Assembly (NCBI GenBank): GCA_964016885.1
Contig: OZ024759.1
Span: forward strand, 23,994,001 to 24,058,000
DNA: 64,000 nucleotides
Reading direction: 5' to 3'
Origin: Eledone cirrhosa
Taxonomy: Eukaryota
The notes under the pieces were generated by a model. That model was not told the DNA's origin. It searched no databases and was given only the letters and a program-made list of their open reading frames with translations. Shown here in pieces: positions 14,700 to 27,878 of the stretch (positions are counted from its first letter, which is position 1; every line of letters begins with the position of its first letter). A program made the translations under genes and the position numbers.

Positions 14700-17600
14700 C
14701 CAAAACATGTGCTTTAACACTTTGAGCCCAGTTTACCTCGATATATCCCTATATATCTCTATTTTCCTTTTAACGGAAAACACCATGCTGTCTGGCTCAC
14801 TCTCTCCCTTATCTACCTCATGCGATCTACCTCTTTTTGAGTAATCCCTTGCTTGTCTTTCAAGCAAGTTGGTCTTTACTCCTATGGACGTATAAACTTT
14901 TACACTATCTCATAACCATTCCTATATTCGTCTTTCCAAGTCATGTGCTTTCACACTTTGAGCCCAGTTTACTTCGATATATCTCTATATATCTCTATCT
15001 TCCTTTTAACGGAAAACACCATGCTGTCTGGCTATCTCCCACCCAATCTACCTCATACTCTCTACCTCTTTTTGAGTACTCCCTTGCTTGTCTTTCAAGC
15101 AAGTTGGTCTTTACTCCTATGGACGTATAAACCTTTACACTATCTCATAACCATTCCTATATTCGTCTTTCCAAGTCATGTGCTTTCACACTTTGAGCCC
15201 AGTTTACTTCGATATAACCCTATATATCTCTATTTTCCTTTTAACGGAAAACACCATGCTGTCTGGCTATCTCTCTCCCAATCTACCTCATACTCTCTAC
15301 CTCTTTTTGAGTAATCCCTTGCTTGTCTTTCAAGCAAGTTGGTTTTTACTCCTATGGACGTATAAACCTTTACACTATCTCATAACCATTCCTATATTCG
15401 TCTTTCCAAAACATGTGCTTTAACACTTTGAGCCCAGTTTACTTCGATATATCCCTATATATCTCTATTTTCCTTTTAACGGAAAACACCATGCTGTCTG
15501 GCTCTCTCTCTCCCTTATCTACCTCATGCGATCTACCTCTTTTTGAGTAATTCCTTGCTTGTCTTTCAAGCAAGTTGGTCATTACTCCTATGGACGTATA
15601 AACCTTTACGCTATCTCATAACCACTCTTATATTGGTCTTTCCAAGTCATGTGCTTTAACACTTTGATCCCAGTTTACTTCGATATATCCCTATATATCT
15701 CTATTTTCCTTTTAACGGAAAACACCTTGCTGTCTGGCTATCTCTCTCCCAATCTACCTCATACTCTCTACCTCTTTTTGAGTAATCCCTTGCTTGTCTT
15801 TCAAGCAAGTTGGTCTTTACTCCTATGGACGTATAAACCTTTACACTATCTCATAACCATTCCTATATTCGTCTTTCCAAAACATGTGCTTTAACACTTT
15901 GAGCCCAGTTTACTTCGATATATCTCTATATATCTCTATCTTCCTTTTAACGGAAAACACCATGCTGTCTGGCTATCTCTCACCCAATCTACCTCATACT
16001 CTCTACCTCTTTTTGAGTAATCCCTTGCTTGTCTTTCAAGCAAGTTGGTCTTTGCTCCTATGGACATATAAACCTTTACACTATCTCATAATCATTCCTA
16101 TATTCGTCTTTCCAAGTCATGTGCTTTCACACTTTGAGCCCAGTTTACTTCGATATATCTCTATATATCTCTATTTTCCTTTTAACGGAAAACACCATGC
16201 TGTCTGGCTATCTCTCTCCCAATCTACCTCATACTCTCTACCTCTTTTTGAGTAATCCCTTGCTTGTCTTTCAAGCAAGTTGGTCTTTACTCCTATGGAC
16301 GTATAAACCTTTACACTATCTCATAACCATTCCTATATTCGTCTTTCCAAGTCATGTGCTTTCACACTTTGAGCCCAGTTTACTTCGATATATCTCTATA
16401 TATCTCTATATTCCTTTTAACGGAAAACACCATGCTGTCTGGCTATCTCTCTCCCAATCTACCTCATACTCTCTACCACTTTTTGAGTAATCCCTTGCTT
16501 GTCTTTCAAGCAAGTTGGTCTTTGCTCCTATGGACGTATAAACCTTTACACTATCTCATAACCATTCCTATATTCGTCTTTCCAAAACATGTGCTTTAAC
16601 ACTTTGAGCCCAGTTTACTTCGATATATCCCTATATATCTCTATTTTCCTTTTAACGGAAAACACCATGCTGTCTGGCTCACTCTCTCCCTTATCTACCT
16701 CATACTCTCTACCTCTTTTTGAGTAATCCCTTGCTTGTCTTTCAAAAAAGTTGGTCTTTACTCCTATGGACGTATAAACCTTTACACTATCTCATAACCA
16801 TTCCTATATTCGTCTTTCCAAGTCATGTGCTTTCACACTTTGAGCCCAGTTTACTTCGATATATCTCTATATATCTCTATATTCCTTTTAACGGAAAACA
16901 CCATGCTGTCTGGCTATCTCTCTCCCAATCTACCTCATACTCTCTACCACTTTTTGAGTAATCCCTTGCTTGTCTTTCAAGCAAGTTGGTCTTTGCTCCT
17001 ATGGACGTATAAACCTTTACACTATCTCATAACCATTCCTATATTCGTCTTTCCAAAACATGTGCTTTAACACTTTGAGCCCAGTTTACTTCGATATATC
17101 CCTATATATCTCTATTTTCCTTTTAACGGAAAACACCATGCTGTCTGGCTCACTCTCTCCCTTATCTACCTCATACTCTCTACCTCTTTTTGAGTAATCC
17201 CTTGCTTGTCTTTCAAAAAAGTTGGTCTTTACTCCTATGGACGTATAAACCTTTACACTATCTCATAACCATTCCTATATTCGTCTTTCCAAGTCATGTG
17301 CTTTCACACTTTGAGCCCAGTTTACTTCGATATATCTCTATATATCTCTATATTCCTTTTAACGGAAAACACCATGCTGTCTGGCTATCTCTCTCCCAAT
17401 CTACCTCATACTCTCTACCTCTTTTTGAGTAATCCCTTGCTTGTCTTTCAAGCAAGTTGGTCTTTACTCCTATGGACGTATAAACCTTTACACTATCTCA
17501 TAACCATTCCTATATTCGTCTTTCCAAAACATGTGCTTTAACACTTTGAGCCCAGTTTACCTCGATATATCCCTATATATCTCTATTTTCCTTTTAACGG

Positions 17601-19870
17601 AAAACACCATGCTGTCTGGCTCACTCTCTCCCTTATCTACCTCATGCGATCTACCTCTTTTTGAGTAATCCCTTGCTTGTCTTTCAAGCAAGTTGGTCTT
17701 TACTCCTATGGACGTATAAACTTTTACACTATCTCATAACCATTCCTATATTCGTCTTTCCAAGTCATGTGCTTTCACACTTTGAGCCCAGTTTACTTCG
17801 ATATATCTCTATATATCTCTATCTTCCTTTTAACGGAAAACACCATGCTGTCTGGCTATCTCTCACCCAATCTACCTCATACTCTCTACCTCTTTTTGAG
17901 TACTCCCTTGCTTGTCTTTCAAGCAAGTTGGTCTTTACTCCTATGGACGTATAAACCTTTACACTATCTCATAACCATTCCTATATTCGTCTTTCCAAGT
18001 CATGTGCTTTCACACTTTGAGCCCAGTTTACTTCGATATAACCCTATATATCTCTATTTTCCTTTTAACGGAAAACACCATGCTGTCTGGCTATCTCTCT
18101 CCCAATCTACCTCATACTCTCTACCTCTTTTTGAGTAATCCCTTGCTTGTCTTTCAAGCAAGTTGGTCTTTACTCCTATGGACGTATAAACCTTTACACT
18201 ATCTCATAACCATTCCTATATTCGTCTTTCCAAAACATGTGCTTTAACACTTTGAGCCCAGTTTACTTCGATATATCCCTATATATCTCTATTTTCCTTT
18301 TAACGGAAAACACCATGCTGTCTGGCTCTCTCTCTCCCTTATCTACCTCATGCGATCTACCTCTTTTTGAGTAATTCCTTGCTTGTCTTTCAAGCAAGTT
18401 GGTCATTACTCCTATGGACGTATAAACCTTTACGCTATCTCATAACCACTCTTATATTGGTCTTTCCAAGTCATGTGCTTTAACACTTTGATCCCAGTTT
18501 ACTTCGATATATCCCTATATATCTCTATTTTCCTTTTAACGGAAAACACCTTGCTGTCTGGCTATCTCTCTCCCAATCTACCTCATACTCTCTACCTCTT
18601 TTTGAGTAATCCCTTGCTTGTCTTTCAAGCAAGTTGGTCTTTACTCCTATGGACGTATAAACCTTTACACTATCTCATAACCATTCCTATATTCGTCTTT
18701 CCAAAACATGTGCTTTAACACTTTGAGCCCAGTTTACTTCGATATATCTCTATATATCTCTATCTTCCTTTTAACGGAAAACACCATGCTGTCTGGCTAT
18801 CTCTCACCCAATCTACCTCATACTCTCTACCTCTTTTTGAGTAATCCCTTGCTTGTCTTTCAAGCAAGTTGGTCTTTGCTCCTATGGACATATAAACCTT
18901 TACACTATCTCATAATCATTCCTATATTCGTCTTTCCAAGTCATGTGCTTTCACACTTTGAGCCCAGTTTACTTCGATATATCTCTATATATCTCTATTT
19001 TCCTTTTAACGGAAAACACCATGCTGTCTGGCTATCTCTCTCCCAATCTACCTCATACTCTCTACCTCTTTTTGAGTAATCCCTTGCTTGTCTTTCAAGC
19101 AAGTTGGTCTTTACTCCTATGGACGTATAAACCTTTACACTATCTCATAACCATTCCTATATTCGTCTTTCCAAGTCATGTGCTTTCACACTTTGAGCCC
19201 AGTTTACTTCGATATATCTCTATATATCTCTATATTCCTTTTAACGGAAAACACCATGCTGTCTGGCTATCTCTCTCCCAATCTACCTCATACTCTCTAC
19301 CACTTTTTGAGTAATCCCTTGCTTGTCTTTCAAGCAAGTTGGTCTTTGCTCCTATGGACGTATAAACCTTTACACTATCTCATAACCATTCCTATATTCG
19401 TCTTTCCAAAACATGTGCTTTAACACTTTGAGCCCAGTTTACTTCGATATATCCCTATATATCTCTATTTTCCTTTTAACGGAAAACACCATGCTGTCTG
19501 GCTCACTCTCTCCCTTATCTACCTCATACTCTCTACCTCTTTTTGAGTAATCCCTTGCTTGTCTTTCAAAAAAGTTGGTCTTTACTCCTATGGACGTATA
19601 AACCTTTACACTATCTCATAACCATTCCTATATTCGTCTTTCCAAGTCATGTGCTTTCACACTTTGAGCCCAGTTTACTTCGATATATCTCTATATATCT
19701 CTATATTCCTTTTAACGGAAAACACCATGCTGTCTGGCTATCTCTCTCCCAATCTACCTCATACTCTCTACCTCTTTTTGAGTAATCCCTTGCTTGTCTT
19801 TCAAGCAAGTTGGTCTTTACTCCTATGGACGTATAAACCTTTACACTATCTCATAACCATTCCTATATTC
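14700..19870. repeat. 12-/10-monomer duplication (offset 2824) with a nested 2-monomer (471 bp) duplication at ~16354-17296
   Basis: tttacCtcg (~14737/17561), gatataAcc (ORFs 15178/18002) and cactcTtata recur at offset 2824. ttcaaAAaag occurs at ~16746, ~17217 (+471) and ~19570. Confidence 0.85.
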
Positions 19871-22800
19871 GTCTTCCCAAGTCATGTGCTTTCACGCTTT
19901 GAGCCCAGTTTACTTCGATATATCCCTATATATCTCTATTTTCCTTTTAACGGAAAACACCATGCTGTCTGGCTATCTCTCTCCCAATCTACCTCATGCG
20001 ATCTACCTCTTTTTGAGTAATCCCTTGCTTGTCTTTCAAGCAAGTTGGTCTTTACTCCTATGGACGTATAAACTTTTACACTATCTCATAACCATTCCTA
20101 TATTCGTCTTTCCAAGTCATGTGCTTTCACACTTTGAGCCCAGTTTACTTCGATATATCTCTATATATCTCTATCTTCCTTTTAACGGAAAACACCATGC
20201 TGTCTGGCTATCTCTCACCCAATCTACCTCATACTCTCTACCTCTTTTTGAGTAATCCCTTGCTTGTCTTTCAAGCAAGTTGGTCTTTACTCCTATGGAC
20301 GTATAAACCTTTACACTATCTCATAACCATTCCTATATTCGTCTTCCCAAGTCATGTGCTTTCACACTTTGAGCCCAGTTTACTTCGATATATCCCTATA
20401 TATCTCTATTTTCCTTTTAACGGAAAACACCATGCTGTCTGGCTATCTCTCTCCCAATCTACCTCATACTCTCTACCTCTTTTTGAGTAATCCCTTGCTT
20501 GTCTTTCAAGCAAGTTGGTCTTTACTCCTATGGACGTATAAACCTTTACACTATCTCATAACCATTCCTATATTCGTCTTTCCAAGTCATGTGCTTTCAC
20601 ACTTTGAGCCCAGTTTACTTCGATATATCTCTATATATCTCTATTTTCCTTTTAACGGAAAACACCATGCTGTCTGGCTATCTCTCTCCCAATCTACCTC
20701 ATACTCTCTACCTCTTTTTGAGTAATCCCTTGCTTGTCTTTCAAGCAAGTTGGTCTTTACTCCTATGGACGTATAAACCTTTACACTATCTCATAACCAT
20801 TCCTATATTCGTCTTTCCAAGTCATGTGCTTTCACACTTTGAGCCCAGTTTACTTCGATATATCTCTATATATCTCTATTTTCCTTTTAACGGAAAACAC
20901 CATGCTGTCTGGCTATCTCTCTCCCAATCTACCTCATACTCTCTACCACATTTTTGAGTAATCCCTTGCTTGTCTTTCAAGCAAGTTGGTCTTTACTCCT
21001 ATGGACGTATAAACCTTTACACTATCTCATAACCATTCCTATATTCGTCTTTCCAAGTCATGTGCTTTCACACTTTGAGCCCAGTTTACTTCGATATATC
21101 TCTATATATCTCTATTTTCCTTTTAACGGAAAACACCATGCTGTCTGGCTATCTCTCTCCCAATCTACCTCATACTCTCTACCACATTTTTGAGTAATCC
21201 CTTGCTTGTCTTTCAAGCAAGTTGGTCTTTACTCCTATGGACGTATAAACCTTTACACTATCTCATAACCATTCCTATATTCGTCTTTCCAAAACATGTG
21301 CTTTAACACTTTGAGCCCAGTTTACTTCGATATATCTCTATATATCTCTATCTTCCTTTTAACGGAAAACACCATGCTGTCTGGCTATCTCTCACCCAAT
21401 CTACCTCATACTCTCTACCTCTTTTTGAGTACTCCCTTGCTTGTCTTTCAAGCAAGTTGGTCTTTACTCCTATGGACGTATAAACCTTTACACTATCTCA
21501 TAACCATTCCTATATTCGTCTTTCCAAGTCATGTGCTTTCACACTTTGAGCCCAGTTTACTTCGATATATCCCTATATATCTCTATTTTCCTTTTAACGG
21601 AAAACACCATGCTGTCTGGCTATCTCTCTCCTAATCTACCTCATACTCTCTACCTCTTTTTGAGTAATCCCTTGCTTGTCTTTCAAGCAAGTTGGTCTTT
21701 ACTCCTATGGACGTATAAACCTTTACACTATCACATAACCATTCCTATATTCGTCTTTCCAAAACATGTGCTTTAACACTTTGAGCCCAGTTTACTTCGA
21801 TATATCCCTATATATCTCTATTTTCCTTTTAACGGAAAACACCATGCTGTCTGGCTCTCTCTCTCCCTTATCTATCTCATGCGATCTACCTCTTTTTGAG
21901 TAATTCCTTGCTTGTCTTTCAAGCAAGTTGGTCATTACTCCTATGGACGTATAAACCTTTACGCTATCTCATAACCACTCCTATATTGGTCTTTCCAAGT
22001 CATGTGCTTTAACACTTTGATCCCAGTTTACTTCGATATATCCCTATATATCTCTATTTTCCTTTTAACGGAAAACACCTTGCTGTCTGGCTATCTCTCT
22101 CCCAATCTACCTCATACTCTCTACCTCTTTTTGAGTAATCCCTTGCTTGTCTTTCAAGCAAGTTGGTCTTTACTCCTATGGACGTATAAACCTTTACACT
22201 ATCTCATAACCATTCCTATATTCGTCTTTCCAAAACATGTGCTTTAACACTTTGAGCCCAGTTTACTTCGATATATCTCTATATATCTCTATCTTCCTTT
22301 TAACGGAAAACACCATGCTGTCTGGCTATCTCTCACCCAATCTACCTCATACTCTCTACCTCTTTTTGAGTAATCCCTTGCTTGTCTTTCAAGCAAGTTG
22401 GTCTTTGCTCCTATGGACATATAAACCTTTACACTATCTCATAATCATTCCTATATTCGTCTTTCCAAGTCATGTGCTTTCACACTTTGAGCCCAGTTTA
22501 CTTCGATATATCTCTATATATCTCTATTTTCCTTTTAACGGAAAACACCATGCTGTCTGGCTATCTCTCTCCCAATCTACCTCATACTCTCTACCTCTTT
22601 TTGAGTAATCCCTTGCTTGTCTTTCAAGCAAGTTGGTCTTTACTCCTATGGACGTATAAACCTTTACACTATCTCATAACCATTCCTATATTCGTCTTTC
22701 CAAGTCATGTGCTTTCACACTTTGAGCCCAGTTTACTTCGATATATCTCTATATATCTCTATATTCCTTTTAACGGAAAACACCATGCTGTCTGGCTATC

Positions 22801-25800
22801 TCTCTCCCAATCTACCTCATACTCTCTACCACTTTTTGAGTAATCCCTTGCTTGTCTTTCAAGCAAGTTGGTCTTTGCTCCTATGGACGTATAAACCTTT
22901 ACACTATCTCATAACCATTCCTATATTCGTCTTTCCAAGTCATGTGCTTTCACACTTTGAGCCCAGTTTACTTCGATATAACCCTATATATCTCTATTTT
23001 CCTTTTAACGGAAAACACCATGCTGTCTGGCTATCTCTCTCCCAATCTACCTCATACTCTCTACCTCTTTTTGAGTAATCCCTTGCTTGTCTTTCAAGCA
23101 AGTTGGTCTTTACTCCTATGGACGTATAAACCTTTACACTATCTCATAACCATTCCTATATTCGTCTTTCCAAAACATGTGCTTTAACACTTTGAGCCCA
23201 GTTTACTTCGATATATCCCTATATATCTCTATTTTCCTTTTAACGGAAAACACCATGCTGTCTGGCTCTCTCTCTCCCTTATCTACCTCATGCGATCTAC
23301 CTCTTTTTGAGTAATTCCTTGCTTGTCTTTCAAGCAAGTTGGTCATTACTCCTATGGACGTATAAACCTTTACGCTATCTCATAACCACTCTTATATTGG
23401 TCTTTCCAAGTCATGTGCTTTAACACTTTGATCCCAGTTTACTTCGATATATCCCTATATATCTCTATTTTCCTTTTAACGGAAAACACCTTGCTGTCTG
23501 GCTATCTCTCTCCCAATCTACCTCATACTCTCTACCTCTTTTTGAGTAATCCCTTGCTTGTCTTTCAAGCAAGTTGGTCTTTACTCCTATGGACGTATAA
23601 ACCTTTACACTATCTCATAACCATTCCTATATTCGTCTTTCCAAAACATGTGCTTTAACACTTTGAGCCCAGTTTACTTCGATATATCTCTATATATCTC
23701 TATCTTCCTTTTAACGGAAAACACCATGCTGTCTGGCTATCTCTCACCCAATCTACCTCATACTCTCTACCTCTTTTTGAGTAATCCCTTGCTTGTCTTT
23801 CAAGCAAGTTGGTCTTTGCTCCTATGGACATATAAACCTTTACACTATCTCATAATCATTCCTATATTCGTCTTTCCAAGTCATGTGCTTTCACACTTTG
23901 AGCCCAGTTTACTTCGATATATCTCTATATATCTCTATTTTCCTTTTAACGGAAAACACCATGCTGTCTGGCTATCTCTCTCCCAATCTACCTCATACTC
24001 TCTACCTCTTTTTGAGTAATCCCTTGCTTGTCTTTCAAGCAAGTTGGTCTTTACTCCTATGGACGTATAAACCTTTACACTATCTCATAACCATTCCTAT
24101 ATTCGTCTTTCCAAGTCATGTGCTTTCACACTTTGAGCCCAGTTTACTTCGATATATCTCTATATATCTCTATATTCCTTTTAACGGAAAACACCATGCT
24201 GTCTGGCTATCTCTCTCCCAATCTACCTCATACTCTCTACCACTTTTTGAGTAATCCCTTGCTTGTCTTTCAAGCAAGTTGGTCTTTGCTCCTATGGACG
24301 TATAAACCTTTACACTATCTCATAACCATTCCTATATTCGTCTTTCCAAAACATGTGCTTTAACACTTTGAGCCCAGTTTACTTCGATATATCCCTATAT
24401 ATCTCTATTTTCCTTTTAACGGAAAACACCATGCTGTCTGGCTCACTCTCTCCCTTATCTACCTCATACTCTCTACCTCTTTTTGAGTAATCCCTTGCTT
24501 GTCTTTCAAAAAAGTTGGTCTTTACTCCTATGGACGTATAAACCTTTACACTATCTCATAACCATTCCTATATTCGTCTTTCCAAGTCATGTGCTTTCAC
24601 ACTTTGAGCCCAGTTTACTTCGATATATCTCTATATATCTCTATATTCCTTTTAACGGAAAACACCATGCTGTCTGGCTATCTCTCTCCCAATCTACCTC
24701 ATACTCTCTACCTCTTTTTGAGTAATCCCTTGCTTGTCTTTCAAGCAAGTTGGTCTTTACTCCTATGGACGTATAAACCTTTACACTATCTCATAACCAT
24801 TCCTATATTCGTCTTCCCAAGTCATGTGCTTTCACGCTTTGAGCCCAGTTTACTTCGATATATCCCTATATATCTCTATTTTCCTTTTAACGGAAAACAC
24901 CATGCTGTCTGGCTATCTCTCTCCCAATCTACCTCATGCGATCTACCTCTTTTTGAGTAATCCCTTGCTTGTCTTTCAAGCAAGTTGGTCTTTACTCCTA
25001 TGGACGTATAAACTTTTACACTATCTCATAACCATTCCTATATTCGTCTTTCCAAGTCATGTGCTTTCACACTTTGAGCCCAGTTTACTTCGATATATCT
25101 CTATATATCTCTATCTTCCTTTTAACGGAAAACACCATGCTGTCTGGCTATCTCTCACCCAATCTACCTCATACTCTCTACCTCTTTTTGAGTAATCCCT
25201 TGCTTGTCTTTCAAGCAAGTTGGTCTTTACTCCTATGGACGTATAAACCTTTACACTATCTCATAACCATTCCTATATTCGTCTTCCCAAGTCATGTGCT
25301 TTCACACTTTGAGCCCAGTTTACTTCGATATATCCCTATATATCTCTATTTTCCTTTTAACGGAAAACACCATGCTGTCTGGCTATCTCTCTCCCAATCT
25401 ACCTCATACTCTCTACCTCTTTTTGAGTAATCCCTTGCTTGTCTTTCAAGCAAGTTGGTCTTTACTCCTATGGACGTATAAACCTTTACACTATCTCATA
25501 ACCATTCCTATATTCGTCTTTCCAAGTCATGTGCTTTCACACTTTGAGCCCAGTTTACTTCGATATATCTCTATATATCTCTATTTTCCTTTTAACGGAA
25601 AACACCATGCTGTCTGGCTATCTCTCTCCCAATCTACCTCATACTCTCTACCTCTTTTTGAGTAATCCCTTGCTTGTCTTTCAAGCAAGTTGGTCTTTAC
25701 TCCTATGGACGTATAAACCTTTACACTATCTCATAACCATTCCTATATTCGTCTTTCCAAGTCATGTGCTTTCACACTTTGAGCCCAGTTTACTTCGATA

Positions 25801-27878
25801 TATCTCTATATATCTCTATTTTCCTTTTAACGGAAAACACCATGCTGTCTGGCTATCTCTCTCCCAATCTACCTCATACTCTCTACCACATTTTTGAGTA
25901 ATCCCTTGCTTGTCTTTCAAGCAAGTTGGTCTTTACTCCTATGGACGTATAAACCTTTACACTATCTCATAACCATTCCTATATTCGTCTTTCCAAGTCA
26001 TGTGCTTTCACACTTTGAGCCCAGTTTACTTCGATATATCTCTATATATCTCTATTTTCCTTTTAACGGAAAACACCATGCTGTCTGGCTATCTCTCTCC
26101 CAATCTACCTCATACTCTCTACCACATTTTTGAGTAATCCCTTGCTTGTCTTTCAAGCAAGTTGGTCTTTACTCCTATGGACGTATAAACCTTTACACTA
26201 TCTCATAACCATTCCTATATTCGTCTTTCCAAAACATGTGCTTTAACACTTTGAGCCCAGTTTACTTCGATATATCTCTATATATCTCTATCTTCCTTTT
26301 AACGGAAAACACCATGCTGTCTGGCTATCTCTCACCCAATCTACCTCATACTCTCTACCTCTTTTTGAGTACTCCCTTGCTTGTCTTTCAAGCAAGTTGG
26401 TCTTTACTCCTATGGACGTATAAACCTTTACACTATCTCATAACCATTCCTATATTCGTCTTTCCAAGTCATGTGCTTTCACACTTTGAGCCCAGTTTAC
26501 TTCGATATATCCCTATATATCTCTATTTTCCTTTTAACGGAAAACACCATGCTGTCTGGCTATCTCTCTCCTAATCTACCTCATACTCTCTACCTCTTTT
26601 TGAGTAATCCCTTGCTTGTCTTTCAAGCAAGTTGGTCTTTACTCCTATGGACGTATAAACCTTTACACTATCTCATAACCATTCCTATATTCGTCTTTCC
26701 AAAACATGTGCTTTAACACTTTGAGCCCAGTTTACTTCGATATATCCCTATATATCTCTATTTTCCTTTTAACGGAAAACACCATGCTGTCTGGCTCTCT
26801 CTCTCCCTTATCTATCTCATGCGATCTACCTCTTTTTGAGTAATTCCTTGCTTGTCTTTCAAGCAAGTTGGTCATTACTCCTATGGACGTATAAACCTTT
26901 ACGCTATCTCATAACCACTCCTATATTGGTCTTTCCAAGTCATGTGCTTTAACACTTTGATCCCAGTTTACTTCGATATATCCCTATATATCTCTATTTT
27001 CCTTTTAACGGAAAACACCTTGCTGTCTGGCTATCTCTCTCCCAATCTACCTCATACTCTCTACCTCTTTTTGAGTAATCCCTTGCTTGTCTTTCAAGCA
27101 AGTTGGTCTTTACTCCTATGGACGTATAAACCTTTACACTATCTCATAACCATTCCTATATTCGTCTTTCCAAAACATGTGCTTTAACACTTTGAGCCCA
27201 GTTTACTTCGATATATCTCTATATATCTCTATCTTCCTTTTAACGGAAAACACCATGCTGTCTGGCTATCTCTCACCCAATCTACCTCATACTCTCTACC
27301 TCTTTTTGAGTAATCCCTTGCTTGTCTTTCAAGCAAGTTGGTCTTTGCTCCTATGGACATATAAACCTTTACACTATCTCATAATCATTCCTATATTCGT
27401 CTTTCCAAGTCATGTGCTTTCACACTTTGAGCCCAGTTTACTTCGATATATCTCTATATATCTCTATTTTCCTTTTAACGGAAAACACCATGCTGTCTGG
27501 CTATCTCTCTCCCAATCTACCTCATACTCTCTACCTCTTTTTGAGTAATCCCTTGCTTGTCTTTCAAGCAAGTTGGTCTTTACTCCTATGGACGTATAAA
27601 CCTTTACACTATCTCATAACCATTCCTATATTCGTCTTTCCAAGTCATGTGCTTTCACACTTTGAGCCCAGTTTACTTCGATATATCTCTATATATCTCT
27701 ATATTCCTTTTAACGGAAAACACCATGCTGTCTGGCTATCTCTCTCCCAATCTACCTCATACTCTCTACCACTTTTTGAGTAATCCCTTGCTTGTCTTTC
27801 AAGCAAGTTGGTCTTTGCTCCTATGGACGTATAAACCTTTACACTATCTCATAACCATTCCTATATTCGTCTTTCCAA
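17938..27878. repeat. Near-perfect tandem duplication of a 21-monomer block (4940 bp x2)
   Basis: The ORF series 18002...22472 is repeated at +4940 (22942...27412). Shared private variants include ttcacGcttt, two adjacent accacAttttt insertions, ctcctaatc and tctaTctcatgcg. One difference seen: 21733 a vs 26673 t. Confidence 0.93.
22471..22705 (+). repeat. Representative consensus A-type monomer (235 bp)
   Basis: This copy carries the common allele at the variable sites, including ggctatctctctcccaatctacctcatactctctacc. Hand count: A53 C65 G25 T92, with 4 CpGs. Confidence 0.95.

Larger units (their letters stand above)
9061..16824. repeat. 11-monomer higher-order repeat (2588 bp), about 3 imperfect copies
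   Basis: The gagtaCtccc marker is in ORFs 9767/12355/14943, ttgaTccc in 10473/13061/15649 and ataaTcatt in 10708/13296/15884. All offsets are exactly 2588. Confidence 0.88.

Noticed and set aside
22501-22517. CENP-B box starting at cTTCGatatA
   Set aside because: It matches TTCG....A but lacks the required CGGG of NTTCGNNNNANNCGGGN.
22536-22541. MYB-type site TAACGG, and TATA-like gtataaa, in each monomer
   Set aside because: Six- to seven-base motifs are expected by chance in 235 bp and there is no gene context.
22471-22705. Mouse major satellite (234 bp) or primate alpha satellite
   Set aside because: Only the length resembles mouse major satellite; its GAAAA(A/T)GA-type subrepeats and 58-bp quarters are absent. 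Alpha satellite is 171 bp and unrelated in sequence.
22471-22705. Satellite-encoded hammerhead ribozyme, as in newt, cricket and schistosome satellites
   Set aside because: I found no CUGANGA core on either strand, although GAAA-containing hairpins exist on the minus strand. An Infernal/Rfam scan of a dimer would settle other ribozyme classes.
22471-22705. Tandem 5S rRNA, tRNA, snRNA or spliced-leader gene array
   Set aside because: I recognised no 5S, tRNA cloverleaf, pol III A/B box or SL sequence by eye.
22471-22705. Internal ~78-bp or ~117-bp subrepeat in the monomer (gtctttcaagc vs gtctttccaagt; tttgag twice)
   Set aside because: Only short motif echoes are visible and I could not extend an alignment by eye; a self-alignment against shuffles is needed.
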